DNA of 64,000 nt from Candidatus Eiseniibacteriota bacterium (lineage in GTDB: Bacteria; Eisenbacteria; RBG-16-71-46; JABDJR01), in contig CAVXKA010000002.1 of the NCBI GenBank assembly GCA_963762255.1, positions 1,248,001-1,312,000 of the forward strand. The letters are read 5' to 3'. Of the stretch, positions 50,992 through 62,365 are shown piece after piece. Position 1 is the stretch's first letter. The number at the start of each line of letters is the position of its first letter. Both the position numbers and the translations under genes were made by a program. The notes under the pieces are model-generated. The model had not been told where the DNA came from and did not search any database. It worked only from the letters and a program-made list of their open reading frames with translations.

Positions 50992-52425
50992 TTACGCCGG
51001 CCTCGTCGGGCCTGTCTGGAACCCCTTCATGACCCACTTGCGGGCGAGCCACAGCCCGATCGGCGACGCCATCGCGATGCACCCGTAGACGAACCAGAGC
51101 TTCTCCGTGTTGAGCATCGAGTGCGGCGTGTCGGGCGGACAGTACTTGGCGAGCATGTATCCGGAGTAGAAGCCGGTCGTGCCCTTGGCCAATAGCCACG
51201 GGATGTTGGCGAGCCCCATGTACTGCGCGATGCGCCCGGGAGGAGCCAGCTCGGAGGCGTATTCCAGGAAGCGGGCGGACCAGAGCGCCTCGCCGATCGA
51301 GAACAGAACGAAGTAGGTGATGAGCAGGCTCAGGTCCGGTCCGCGGCAGAGAAGGAAGGTCGGAAGCGCGGAGACCAGCGACCCGATGACCATCATCTTG
51401 TACACGTTCACGCGACGGGTGAAGGCGGTGGCGATCGGCACGCCGACGAAGATGATCATGGGGTTGATCCAGTTCACCAGCCACTCCATGTGGTCGGCGA
51501 CCCCCTCGGGATACGCGCGCATGATGTACTGCGGCATGGTCAGCCACTGATGGGCGAACAGGGTGCGCACCGGAAGCAGCATGAAGATGAAGAAGATGAA
51601 CCGAGGGTTGGTGAAGGGGCCCTCGGCGAAGTAGGCCTTGAGACGCGTGCCGACCGGGCGGGTGTCCTGCTTGCGAAGCTCCTCGGCGGTGTCCGGCCGC
51701 AACTTTGCCGCCTCCGCGCGCTTGGTCATGAAGATCACGAAGAGCACGAGGGTGAGCGCGGTGATCCCCACGGTGAGCCAGTTCACCGCCTGCACGCCGG
51801 AGCCCGAGAAACCGGCCAGGAAGCGCAGGAAACCGCCGCCGGGGGCCTGGAGCGGCTTCCCGTCCAGGATGTCCTGGACCGCCGGGCGCGCCCACGCCGA
51901 GAGCGTTCCGACCACCACGATGCCCAGATTCATGATCGCGTAGATGAGGCCGTAGCCCATCGAACTCGTCTTCGCGTCGGTGTACTGCTTGACCCCCGAG
52001 TAGCAGACGGGCTGGAGGATCGCCTCGCCGATCGCCACCAGCAACACCGAGCCGAGTACGGCGACCGCGGCAAGAGCCGCGCCGTGGATGGTCGCCGCGC
52101 CGCTGTAGAGGAATCGACCCACGACCGCGATGACCAGCGCAGCGATGATGGCTCGGCGGAGTCCAAACGACTCCGCGTAGCTCCCCACCCCGAGCATGAA
52201 CAGCGTGACCAGCATCGTGAAGATGGAGACGGTCACCCCTGCGCGCGCGTCCCCCCAACCGAGATCGGTGGAGAGATAGGTCGTCATCAGGGTGAGGACG
52301 CCGAAGTAGGCCATGGACTCGACGACAAACGCTCCGACGACCACCCAGAACGCGCGGGGGAGGCGGCGGAGATCGGTGAAGGAGCCCTGGAAGTTGCTGA
52401 GAATGGAGGCGACTCGGCTGCTCAT
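50992..52425 (-). CDS. MFS transporter (POT-like, divergent)
   Basis: Multi-TM; FWVVVGAFVVESMAYFG, YAIMNLG, GEALWSARF, APPGRIAQYMG; related to 2278-3756. Confidence 0.85.
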   Translation of the reverse strand: MSSRVASILSNFQGSFTDLRRLPRAFWVVVGAFVVESMAYFGVLTLMTTYLSTDLGWGDARAGVTVSIFTMLVTLFMLGVGSYAESFGLRRAIIAALVIAVVGRFLYSGAATIHGAALAAVAVLGSVLLVAIGEAILQPVCYSGVKQYTDAKTSSMGYGLIYAIMNLGIVVVGTLSAWARPAVQDILDGKPLQAPGGGFLRFLAGFSGSGVQAVNWLTVGITALTLVLFVIFMTKRAEAAKLRPDTAEELRKQDTRPVGTRLKAYFAEGPFTNPRFIFFIFMLLPVRTLFAHQWLTMPQYIMRAYPEGVADHMEWLVNWINPMIIFVGVPIATAFTRRVNVYKMMVIGSLVSALPTFLLCRGPDLSLLITYFVLFSIGEALWSARFLEYASELAPPGRIAQYMGLANIPWLLAKGTTGFYSGYMLAKYCPPDTPHSMLNTEKLWFVYGCIAMASPIGLWLARKWVMKGFQTGPTRPA

Positions 52426-52619
52426 GGGCGGGGAGTCTAGTCGCCCGGTCGGTCGGTTTCCACAAGTTAGACGCCGAATCATGGGTTCGACCCGCGCCGG
52501 GAACGATCGCGGGTTGCGGACCGGGCCCTTCGCTCCTAAGATGCCCGCGGACTTGACCGGGAGGTTCGACCGCCCGCGTTTCTGATCCTCCCGCCAGCTA
52601 CCCCAGGGGGGTTCCCGCC

Positions 52620-54098
52620 GTGAGCAACCTGCTGACCCTGCTCGCCATCGTTATCGCCGTCGCGCTCTTCACCCGCGCCTCCGGCAATCCGCTCGGGCAC
52701 AGCGCGCCGTTCATGAGACGGCGCATCCTCAACTGGGTGCCGATGGGTATCGGTTACGCTTTCCTCTATTTCGGCCGCTATAACCTCACGGTGGCCAAGA
52801 ACGCGCTCGGCGACCTGATGACGAAGGCGGAGTTCGGGACGATCTTCGCCGCCGGCACGATCACCTATGCCTTCGCGTTCATCCTGAACGGTCCGCTCAC
52901 CGACCGCATCGGCGGCCGGCGGGCCATGATCATCTCCACCATCGGAGCGGCGGCCTCCAACATCGTGCTCGGCGTGCTCGTCTACATGCTGGCCGCGGGG
53001 CAGAACGAAGGCTGGTTCCTCTCCGGCCCGGGTAGGACGCTCCTCGCCGGATCGGGAAGCACGATGCTGCTGGTCCTCTTCTGCGTGCTCTACGCGATCA
53101 ACATGTACTTCCAGAGCTTCGGCGCGGTGAGCATCGTCAAGGTGAACAGCGGCTGGTTCCACGTCCGCGAGCGGGGCGTCTTCGGCGGGATCTTCGGGAT
53201 CCTCATCTCGGCCGGCGTCTTCTTCGCCTTCGACTTCGGCCAGTGGATCGTGGACGGACTCCACACCACGGGATCGGCGGCGGCGGTCGTGGTCTCTCCG
53301 CCATTCTGGGTCTTCTGGATCCCCGCTCTCCTCCTCCTGGGGGCCGCGCTCTGGATCTACCTCGTGGTCCGGGATCGCCCGGCGGAAGCGGGCTTCGCGA
53401 ATTTCGATACCGGCGATGCCTCCTCCGGCGAGAGCGACGAGCCCGATCCGATTCGCGTGATCCTCAAGAAGGTCGTCACCAACCCGATCGTGCTCACCAT
53501 CGGAGCCATCGAGTTCTGCACCGGCGTGCTGCGCCAGGGGATCATGCACTGGTACAGCATCTACGGCAGAGAGATGGGCTACTCCAAGGACTTCATCATC
53601 ACCGAGCACTGGGGCACGATGCTCTTCATCGCCGGCGCCACCGGAGGCATGACCGCGGGTTGGATCTCGGACAAGGTCTTCGGCTCCCGGCGAGGACCGG
53701 TAGCGGCGCTCCTGTACGGTCTCATGTTCATGTGCGTGCTGGTGATGGCGTTCTCGGTACAGACGCCCGGCTCCGGCGCGGTGGATGTCACCCGCATGTG
53801 GGTGCTCGCGGTTTGCGTGATCCTCATCTCCTACTGCGTGATCGGGACCCACGGCATGCTCTCGGGCACCGCCACGATGGACTTCGGCGGGCGCAAGAAC
53901 GCGGGAACCGCGGTGGGGCTCATCGACGGCCTTGTCTATCTCGGCACCGGCGTCCAGTCGCTGAGCCTGGGGTTCCTCACCGAGAAGTCGTGGTCCTACT
54001 GGCCGCCGTTCCTCATCCCGTTCGCGCTCATCGGCTTCCTTCTGGCTATGCGCATCTGGAAGGCGCTTCCGGAGGGGGCGCGCCGAGCAGCGCACTGA
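52620..54098 (+). CDS. MFS organophosphate:Pi antiporter (GlpT/OPA-like)
   Basis: YAFLYFGRYNL, NGPLTDRIGGR, WFHVRERG, GWISDKVFGSRR, AGTAVGLIDG. Confidence 0.85.
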   Translation: MSNLLTLLAIVIAVALFTRASGNPLGHSAPFMRRRILNWVPMGIGYAFLYFGRYNLTVAKNALGDLMTKAEFGTIFAAGTITYAFAFILNGPLTDRIGGRRAMIISTIGAAASNIVLGVLVYMLAAGQNEGWFLSGPGRTLLAGSGSTMLLVLFCVLYAINMYFQSFGAVSIVKVNSGWFHVRERGVFGGIFGILISAGVFFAFDFGQWIVDGLHTTGSAAAVVVSPPFWVFWIPALLLLGAALWIYLVVRDRPAEAGFANFDTGDASSGESDEPDPIRVILKKVVTNPIVLTIGAIEFCTGVLRQGIMHWYSIYGREMGYSKDFIITEHWGTMLFIAGATGGMTAGWISDKVFGSRRGPVAALLYGLMFMCVLVMAFSVQTPGSGAVDVTRMWVLAVCVILISYCVIGTHGMLSGTATMDFGGRKNAGTAVGLIDGLVYLGTGVQSLSLGFLTEKSWSYWPPFLIPFALIGFLLAMRIWKALPEGARRAAH

Positions 54099-54153
54099 GC
54101 GCGGTTCAGCGCTCGCGCTCGGTTCGATCTCTGCGCGCGGTTCAGCGCTCGCG
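54099..54153. repeat. 19-bp direct repeat GCGCGGTTCAGCGCTCGCG x2
   Basis: Copies at 54099-54117 and 54135-54153; the second contains the methyltransferase stop codon. Confidence 0.8.
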
Positions 54154-54939
54154 TTCCGCCGTCAGCGTGTAGCAGAGCGGCAGCCGCACCTCCATGTTCG
54201 CGAACGATGCAAAGATGTTGGCGATGTCGTGCCCGTACTCGCGGAAGGAGCGGATCGCGAACCCCGCGCCGAGGCAGCTTTCGAAGATATCCCCCAGCGT
54301 GTGATGGAAGGAATAGTGCGTGCGCGAGGCGTATTTCGTGTTGCCGTAGTAGTCGAGGCCGCTCGATTCAGCGACCGGGCCTTGCTCGAAGTACGAGTAG
54401 CGCGGCGCGGGGGGCGAGGCGCCCGGTTCGGGCTCGAACATGTCCGCCACCGGATGGATTTCGTAGAGGAGCATCCGGCCTCCGGGCTTCAAGAGCCGGG
54501 CCGCGATGCGGAAGAACTCGGCGAGGTCCGGCAGCCAGGTCAGCGCCCCCACGCTGACGTACGCGATGTCGAAGGAGGCGTCGTACTCGGCGGGGATGGC
54601 GTAGACATCGGCGCGAACGAACGTGCAGTCGATGTTTCCGGCGGCTGCCAGGTTGCGCGCCTCGTCGATGAACGCGTCCGAGATATCGAAGCCCACGCAC
54701 CGACCGGCGCCCAGGTTCTTGATCGAGAGGAGCTCGCGCCCGTTGTTGCAGCAGATCTGCACGACCGATTTGCCGGCGAGGTCGAAGTCGCGAAGGATCG
54801 CGGTCTCAATGGGGTCGAGGCAGGAAGTGCCGGGGCGGGCGAATTGCTCGCGGAGGCGCTCGAAGTTGCGGCGCGCGTGGACGGGGGCCGCCTCGTTCCA
54901 GGCGGCGCGGTTGGCTTCGGTGAAATCGTCGCGTTGCAT
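54142..54939 (-). CDS. Class I SAM-dependent methyltransferase
   Basis: ANRAAWNE, VVQICCNNGRE, GFDIS, FDIAYVSVGALTWLPDL, LLKPGG, YEIHP. Confidence 0.88.
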   Translation of the reverse strand: MQRDDFTEANRAAWNEAAPVHARRNFERLREQFARPGTSCLDPIETAILRDFDLAGKSVVQICCNNGRELLSIKNLGAGRCVGFDISDAFIDEARNLAAAGNIDCTFVRADVYAIPAEYDASFDIAYVSVGALTWLPDLAEFFRIAARLLKPGGRMLLYEIHPVADMFEPEPGASPPAPRYSYFEQGPVAESSGLDYYGNTKYASRTHYSFHHTLGDIFESCLGAGFAIRSFREYGHDIANIFASFANMEVRLPLCYTLTAERER

Positions 54940-54976
54940 GAGGTGCGTCCCTGCTGTGTTGCGGCGGCGGCCGCGG

Positions 54977-56386
<1,410 letters not shown>

Positions 56387-56453
56387 GGCGTGTCTCCTCG
56401 GTGACTGCAGGCTGAAACGAGCGCACTAGGGTAGCAAGGGAACGGCGGTGGGG

Positions 56454-57683
56454 CTACCAGAGCGCGCCGGCGGCGCGGTAGGCGTCGAGGAGCTTGGCGG
56501 CCACGTCGTCCCAGGTGCCGAGCGTTCTTGCCCGTGCGCGCGCTTCCGCGGAGAGCTTGCTCCGGCGGTCTGAGTCGGCGGCCAGGGCGATTGCCTCGCG
56601 CGCGAAGGCGGCGGCGTCACCTGACGGCACGAGCACTCCCGCTTCGCCGAGGATCTCCCGAGTGACCGGCGTGTCGAATGCGACCACCGGGAGGCCGGCT
56701 TCGAGGTAGGCGTAGAGCTTCTGGTTGCCTTCGGTGGCGCTGACCTTGGGGCTCAACGCTACCGTGCCCAACGCGAGCAGGCTCGCGAAGTCGGGATACG
56801 CGAAGCGGCCGGCGAAGATCATGAGGTCGGCGAGGCCGCGGCGCGCGGCTTCCGCGCGCCAGCGCGCTTCCGGGTAGCCGAGCACGAGTACGCGGCCGGG
56901 TTGCGTCGCGTCGCGCCCCGTCGTTCCGCGACTGGCCGCCTCACGCAGGGCTTCACCCAGTGCGAAGAGATGCTGCGTGCCCTGGTGTTCGCCAAGCACT
57001 CCGGCGTAGAGGAAGACCGGCTGGTCGAGCCCAAGGCCCCAGCGCTCGCGGGCCGCCCGCGTGCGCGCGGGATCCGGGGGCCCAAGCGTTCCCGCGTCGC
57101 CCACCGCGCGCACGCGTTCCGCGGGAACGCGGAACCGCGCGCGTAGCGCGCGGGCGGCCCCGGCGTGGCTCGTGACGACGACGTCCGCGCTCCGATCGAG
57201 CCAACCCTCGAGGGCTTCCAGCGGTCGTCGCACCAGCGCGATGTCCGGGAGAAAGCGGTGGTCGAGCGTCTCGTCGGCGAGCCCCCCCTGCACGTCGAGC
57301 ACGCGGGGAAGACGCCGGCCCTCGGCATCCAACTCGCGAATGCCGAGCGCGATCCCGATCCCCTCGTGAAGGTGGGCGTGAATCACGTGCGGCCGGCGCT
57401 CCCGCGCCACGCGGCGCACCAACCCCACGAGCCCGGCGTCCAGGGCGAGCTTGCCCCACGCCGGTCCCGCGGAACGTTTCGCATACCCCGGGAGCCGCGC
57501 GGCGCGCCGCACGTCCAGATCCGCGACGTCATCCCCCAGGAAGTACGTGCAGATCGTGACCTCGGCGCCCGCGCGCATCAACGCGCGCGATTCTTCCAGG
57601 ATGCGCACGTGGCACCCGCGGTCGGAGAAGAACGGTGTGGGCGCGATCATGAGCACGCGCAGCCCCGCCGCGGGTTGCGTCAT
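56454..57683 (-). CDS. GT4 glycosyltransferase
   Basis: MIAPTPFFSDRGCHVRILEE, HAHLHEG, EGNQKLYAYLEAGLPVVAFD; start at MTQPAAG. Confidence 0.88.
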   Translation of the reverse strand: MTQPAAGLRVLMIAPTPFFSDRGCHVRILEESRALMRAGAEVTICTYFLGDDVADLDVRRAARLPGYAKRSAGPAWGKLALDAGLVGLVRRVARERRPHVIHAHLHEGIGIALGIRELDAEGRRLPRVLDVQGGLADETLDHRFLPDIALVRRPLEALEGWLDRSADVVVTSHAGAARALRARFRVPAERVRAVGDAGTLGPPDPARTRAARERWGLGLDQPVFLYAGVLGEHQGTQHLFALGEALREAASRGTTGRDATQPGRVLVLGYPEARWRAEAARRGLADLMIFAGRFAYPDFASLLALGTVALSPKVSATEGNQKLYAYLEAGLPVVAFDTPVTREILGEAGVLVPSGDAAAFAREAIALAADSDRRSKLSAEARARARTLGTWDDVAAKLLDAYRAAGALW

Positions 57684-57690
57684 GAAGCGC

Positions 57691-58686
57691 TCAGCTTCCC
57701 GGCTCGCGCGGCGCGGACTCGGAAGCCCCCGCCTCCGGCTCGAGTGCCCGCACGCGATCGGGGTGCCGGTCGCGATAGTGCAGGTAGACCATGAGCTCGC
57801 CCAGAAACCCGATGGCCAATGCCTGCAAGCCCGCGGTGATGAGCAAGAGTCCCAGCAATAGGAGCGGCCGGCCTGCCAACGGCCGGGACAAGAACAATCG
57901 CTCCCATACAAGCCAGAGGGTCAAGAGCGACCCCAGCACCAGCGGTCCCAGCCCGAGCAACCCGAACACCCGCAACGGGCTCCCGGTGCTGCGCGCGAGG
58001 AACATCACGGTGAGGAAGTCGAGCATGCGCGCAAGGTAGGAGCGCACCGTGCGCCGCTCCCGGCGGCGATCGCCCTCGACGACGCGCGCGGACACATGCA
58101 CGGTCGCAAACCCTTCCATGGCCACGAGAATAGGCAGATATCGGTGGAGGTCGCCCTGAAGCGGCAACGCCGCCGCCGCCTCGCGCGTGAGCCCGCACAC
58201 CTGACATCCCGCGTCGCGCACCGTGACCCTGCTCACCCGGGTGAGCACGCGGTTGAGCGCTCGGCGCTGCCAGCCGCCCGCGCGCGCGCCGGACTCGGTC
58301 ACGCGCTCCACCAGGACGCAGTCGGCGCCCGACTCCAGCGCGGAGGCGACCTCGGGAAGCACGCTCAAATCGGTCTGCGGATAGGGCGGCACCCGCACCA
58401 ACATATCGCCACGCGCCTCGCGGATGGCCGCAGACAGAACCGCCGCCTCCCCCATGCGCTGGTGCAGATCGACGATGCGGAAGTCCCCGCGCCCGGCGAC
58501 ATGCTCGCGCAGTCCCGCCGCCTCGCGAGCGCGATGGCCGTCGAATACGAACACCGCCTCAGCGGCGCCCCGACGGTCCGCGACGAACCGCTCGACCTCG
58601 GCGAGCCACGACGAGGAAGGATCCCAGCGATCCGAGACCGGCACCAGCACGCTCACGCGCACCGCATGCGCCGCCACAACGCTCAT
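57691..58686 (-). CDS. GT2 (ArnC/GtrB-like) paralogue with degenerate catalytic motifs and C-terminal TM helices
   Basis: SVLVPV, VFVFDG, GEAAVL, RDAGC, GDLHRYLP, PLRVFG; the DxD position reads VPPYPQ. Confidence 0.75.
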   Translation of the reverse strand: MSVVAAHAVRVSVLVPVSDRWDPSSSWLAEVERFVADRRGAAEAVFVFDGHRAREAAGLREHVAGRGDFRIVDLHQRMGEAAVLSAAIREARGDMLVRVPPYPQTDLSVLPEVASALESGADCVLVERVTESGARAGGWQRRALNRVLTRVSRVTVRDAGCQVCGLTREAAAALPLQGDLHRYLPILVAMEGFATVHVSARVVEGDRRRERRTVRSYLARMLDFLTVMFLARSTGSPLRVFGLLGLGPLVLGSLLTLWLVWERLFLSRPLAGRPLLLLGLLLITAGLQALAIGFLGELMVYLHYRDRHPDRVRALEPEAGASESAPREPGS

Positions 58687-59663
58687 GCCCGCGCCTCCTC
58701 GCCGCGCAAGGGCTCGACCCCGAGCTGCAAGTGCGACGGCTCCAGCCGCAGCAACAGTTCCGCGAAGAACCCGGCCGCCACCATCGACGCCGCGCCGAAG
58801 CCCAGGATGAGCGACGCGCCGATCCATACCACGCTCAGCGGCGAGTGCTCTTCGACCATGGGCACCACGCTCACGGCCGCCGCGACCAGCATCCCGAACG
58901 CAAGCGGCGCGGCCAGCCGGAAAAACCACAGAGACGGTCGCCGCCGGTGCCGCAAGAGCATCTGCATCGCGATCACATCGGCGAGCACCCGCAGCACGCG
59001 CCCCGTTCCATACTTGGAACGACCTGTGCGCCGCGGCTCGTGCGCCACTTCGATCTCCCGAACCCGCGCGCCGTGCAGCGCGCACACCGCGGTGACGAGC
59101 CGATGATGATCGCCGTAGAGATGCAGGCGATCGATCACCTCGCGCCGGTAGGCCTTGAGCGCGCAGCCATGATCGTGGATGGGAATGCCGGTGGCATGAC
59201 GGATCCACGCGTTGGCCAGCGTGGAGGGAAGACGGCGGCTGAACCAGCGATCCCGCCGGTGACGGCGCCATCCAGTGACCACGTCCGCGCCTTCATCCAG
59301 CGCGTGCACGAGCCGCGGGATCTCCTCGGGCGGATTCTGCAGATCCGCGTCCAGCGTGACGATCACCGCTCCGCGCGCTCGGGCGAGCCCGGCTTTGAGC
59401 GCAGCGGTCTGGCCGAGACGCCGCCGCGCGGCAAAGATGCGCAGGCGCGGCTCCGTCGCGGCAAGCGCGCGCAGCACGGACGCGGTGCCGTCTGTGCTTC
59501 CGTCGTCCACGACCACCAGCTCCCACGACCGCGCGAGCGACTCGAGCGCTTTTCGCACCCGCGCCACAAGCTCCGGCAGCGACCCGGCCTCGTCAAAGGC
59601 GGGAACGACGATGGAAATCTCCGGAGGCGCCGGCGCCGGGGTCGAAAGGGCTTCCTCAACCAT
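58683..59663 (-). CDS. GT2 polyprenol-phosphate glycosyltransferase (ArnC/GtrB-like)
   Basis: ISIVVPAFDE, VVDDGSTD, GQTAA, TLDADLQNPP, HDHGCALKAYR, GRSKYG. Confidence 0.9.
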   Translation of the reverse strand: MVEEALSTPAPAPPEISIVVPAFDEAGSLPELVARVRKALESLARSWELVVVDDGSTDGTASVLRALAATEPRLRIFAARRRLGQTAALKAGLARARGAVIVTLDADLQNPPEEIPRLVHALDEGADVVTGWRRHRRDRWFSRRLPSTLANAWIRHATGIPIHDHGCALKAYRREVIDRLHLYGDHHRLVTAVCALHGARVREIEVAHEPRRTGRSKYGTGRVLRVLADVIAMQMLLRHRRRPSLWFFRLAAPLAFGMLVAAAVSVVPMVEEHSPLSVVWIGASLILGFGAASMVAAGFFAELLLRLEPSHLQLGVEPLRGEEARA

Positions 59664-59689
59664 GCCGGGACTATAGCCACGACGCCGCC

Positions 59690-59718
59690 TTGACACCACC
59701 CCCGCCGCTTTCTACTGT
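59690..59718 (+). promoter_or_regulatory. sigma70 promoter of the wzx operon
   Basis: TTGACA-N17-TACTGT, about 20 nt before the ATG at 59739. Confidence 0.55.
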
Positions 59719-59738
59719 CGCGCGACCTCATCCACACC

Positions 59739-61262
59739 ATGAACACCACATCCGCCCCCGCCATCCGCTCCGCCGTCCACGAAGGCGCCTTCTGGCTCTT
59801 CGTGGGTTCGGGAGGCCAGAAGTTCTTCGGCCTTCTCTCGGGGGTCGCGCTCGCGCGGCTCTTGGCCCCTCGCGATTTCGGCGCGTTCGCGCTCGCCGCG
59901 TTCAGCTACGAACTCGCCAACCTCTTCAGCGGGCTCGGCGCGGCGCAGTATGTCGTGGCGGCGCGCGAACCCGAACGCCATCTCGACGCGGCCTTCCGCT
60001 TGAACCTGGCCATGGCGGTCGGTCTCGCCGTGCTCCTCGTTGCGTTCGGCCCCGTCGCCGCCGCGTTCTTCCACGAGCCGCGGCTCCCATGGCTCATCGC
60101 GGGGCTCGCCGCAGCGCTGCCGCTGGGCGCGATCGGCGCGGTGCAGGGCGCGCTCCTCGATCGCGAACTCCGATTGGGTGCGGTGGCGCGCCGACGCATG
60201 GCGGTGAACCTCGGCGGGGTCGTCGTCACCGTGTTGCTCGCCGCGTTCGGCGCCGGCGTGTGGGCGCTCGTGATCCCGGTGCCGTTGAAATCCCTGGCGA
60301 CTTCGTGGTTCAACCTGCGACTGCACGCGTGGCGTCCTTCGCGCGCGCGACACACCGAGGGCGCGCGGCAGGTGTTCGACTACGGGCGTCACATCCTGGG
60401 AACCAAGATCGCCGGCTTCCTCACGCATCAGCTCGACAACGCGGTGGTGGGGCGCGTACTCGGCGCGACCTCGCTCGGCCTCTACGATTTTGCGTATCAG
60501 GCGGCCATGATGCCGCTGCGCTGGGGAGGCGACATCACGACACGCCTCGCGTTTCCCGCACTGGCGTCGCAGGCGCGCCGCGATGAGAGCGCGCGCCGCG
60601 CGGAGAGCCTGCGCGCCCCGGAGACCGAAGCGCGCGGCCGCGATGAGCGCACGGACGACTCCGCGTTCCTCACCGCCTGCGGATGGATCGCGTTCACCGC
60701 GGCACCGGTCGTGACCGGTCTCGTGATCGTCGCTCCCGACTGGGTGCGCGTGCTCTACGGCCCCAAGTGGGAGGCGACGATCCCGCTCATCCGCACGCTG
60801 GCCCCCGCCGCGTTCGCGGTGCTTCTCGCGCGCCCCGCCATGGCGTGGCTGCAGGCTAACGGCCGCGAGGCGTGGCCGGCGCGGGTGCAGATCGCCACGC
60901 TCCCCCTCTTCGCCGTCGCTCTCGCGCTGACCGTGCCGCGCGGGATCGGCGCGGTGGCGGCGGGCATGGCCGCGGTCCTCACCCTGCAGAGCGCGCTCCT
61001 CGTGGTGGCGGCGTTGCGCGCGGGAGCGGCGTCCTGGGTGGCCTGGGCGCGCTCGCTCTGGTCGGGCCTTCTCCCCTCCCTTATCATGGCGGCTGTATTG
61101 TGGCCGGCGGCGGGATGGATCGGGCGCGCGCCGGTGGCGGGGCGTCTCGGTGCGCTCATCGGCATCGGCCTCGCGGTCTTCGTCGGCGTCTCGATGGTTC
61201 TTTCCCGTGAACGGTGGCGCGAACTCGTCGCGCTCTTGCGCCAAGGCCGGCGCCGGTCCTGA
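59739..61262 (+). CDS. Wzx/PST-family oligosaccharide flippase
   Basis: LARLLAPRDFG, GAGVWALV, LGATSLGLY, AFPA, LYGPKW. Confidence 0.88.
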   Translation: MNTTSAPAIRSAVHEGAFWLFVGSGGQKFFGLLSGVALARLLAPRDFGAFALAAFSYELANLFSGLGAAQYVVAAREPERHLDAAFRLNLAMAVGLAVLLVAFGPVAAAFFHEPRLPWLIAGLAAALPLGAIGAVQGALLDRELRLGAVARRRMAVNLGGVVVTVLLAAFGAGVWALVIPVPLKSLATSWFNLRLHAWRPSRARHTEGARQVFDYGRHILGTKIAGFLTHQLDNAVVGRVLGATSLGLYDFAYQAAMMPLRWGGDITTRLAFPALASQARRDESARRAESLRAPETEARGRDERTDDSAFLTACGWIAFTAAPVVTGLVIVAPDWVRVLYGPKWEATIPLIRTLAPAAFAVLLARPAMAWLQANGREAWPARVQIATLPLFAVALALTVPRGIGAVAAGMAAVLTLQSALLVVAALRAGAASWVAWARSLWSGLLPSLIMAAVLWPAAGWIGRAPVAGRLGALIGIGLAVFVGVSMVLSRERWRELVALLRQGRRRS

Positions 61263-61300
61263 CGGTCGGCGGTCCCGACTGCCCTTCGTAACGGAGGCTC

Positions 61301-62365
61301 ATGCGATCCCTGCGAGAGATCCAGCGACGGCGCCGCATGTGGCGCGCGCACACCGAGGGCGCGACGCGTCTCGACTATGCGCCGCTCGAGGTATGGATCG
61401 AGCCGACCAACCACTGCAACCTGCGCTGCGTGAAGTGTCCCCACGCGGTGGGACTCAAGCGCGCGAAGGGGTTCATGGATCCCGCGCTGTTCCGACGGGT
61501 CGTGGACGAGGTGTCGCAGTACGCCTTCACGGTGAGCCTGCACATGGGAGGCGAGTCGCTCATCCACAAGGGACTTCCCGAGCTGATCTCCTACGCCTCC
61601 GGTAAAGGTCTTCGCACGGTGCTCCACACGAACGCCACGCTCTTGACCGAAGAGCGCTCGCGCGCATTGGTGGGCTCGGGGCTCTCGCTGATCAGTTTCT
61701 CGATCGACGGCGAAGATTCCGAGACCTATGAATCGATGGACGCGGGCGGCAAGTTCGAACGCACACTCGACGGCGTGCGCACGTTCCTGCGTGTCAAGCG
61801 CGAGGCGCGCACACGCAAGCCCTTCACGGTGGTGCAGATGCTCACGCCGTCGCCGCAGATCGCGAACCCGGACGGGCAGAGCGTCTTGCTGGGTCTAGGC
61901 GCGGACTACCTCAAGATCGCGGGCTTCCATAGCTGGAGCGGCGCGTTCTCGCGCGACGGCAAGGAGGCGATTCCGGAACGCGGGTTCGAGAAGTTGCGGC
62001 GCGACCCCACCGAGTACGCGCCCTGCCACAATCTCTGGTACGGCATCACCGTGTTCTGGGACGGGAAGGTCGCTCCGTGCTGCATGGACATGGAAGGCGA
62101 GTATCCTGTCGGGAACATCACCGAGCGACCGCTGCTCGAACTCTGGAACAACGACCGCATGGTCGCGCTACGCACGGCGCTGGTAGAGCGCCGCCACGAG
62201 GAGCAGGATCTCTGCCGCGACTGCGCCTATCTCTGGGGCAAGGCGCCGGGCTCCGCCTGGCAGGATGCGCGCGGCCTCGCCAAGCAGGCGCTGCGCGAAC
62301 GCGCGCCCGGGCTCGCCCGAGCGCTGGGCGTGCGCCGCTGGGGGAGGATGGATTGGAATATGTGA
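61301..62365 (+). CDS. Radical SAM protein with SPASM/twitch domain
   Basis: IEPTNHCNLRCVKC (CxxxCxxC), GGES, TNATLL, SIDG; PC...DGKVAPCC...GN...LWN...CRDC. Confidence 0.92.
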   Translation: MRSLREIQRRRRMWRAHTEGATRLDYAPLEVWIEPTNHCNLRCVKCPHAVGLKRAKGFMDPALFRRVVDEVSQYAFTVSLHMGGESLIHKGLPELISYASGKGLRTVLHTNATLLTEERSRALVGSGLSLISFSIDGEDSETYESMDAGGKFERTLDGVRTFLRVKREARTRKPFTVVQMLTPSPQIANPDGQSVLLGLGADYLKIAGFHSWSGAFSRDGKEAIPERGFEKLRRDPTEYAPCHNLWYGITVFWDGKVAPCCMDMEGEYPVGNITERPLLELWNNDRMVALRTALVERRHEEQDLCRDCAYLWGKAPGSAWQDARGLAKQALRERAPGLARALGVRRWGRMDWNM

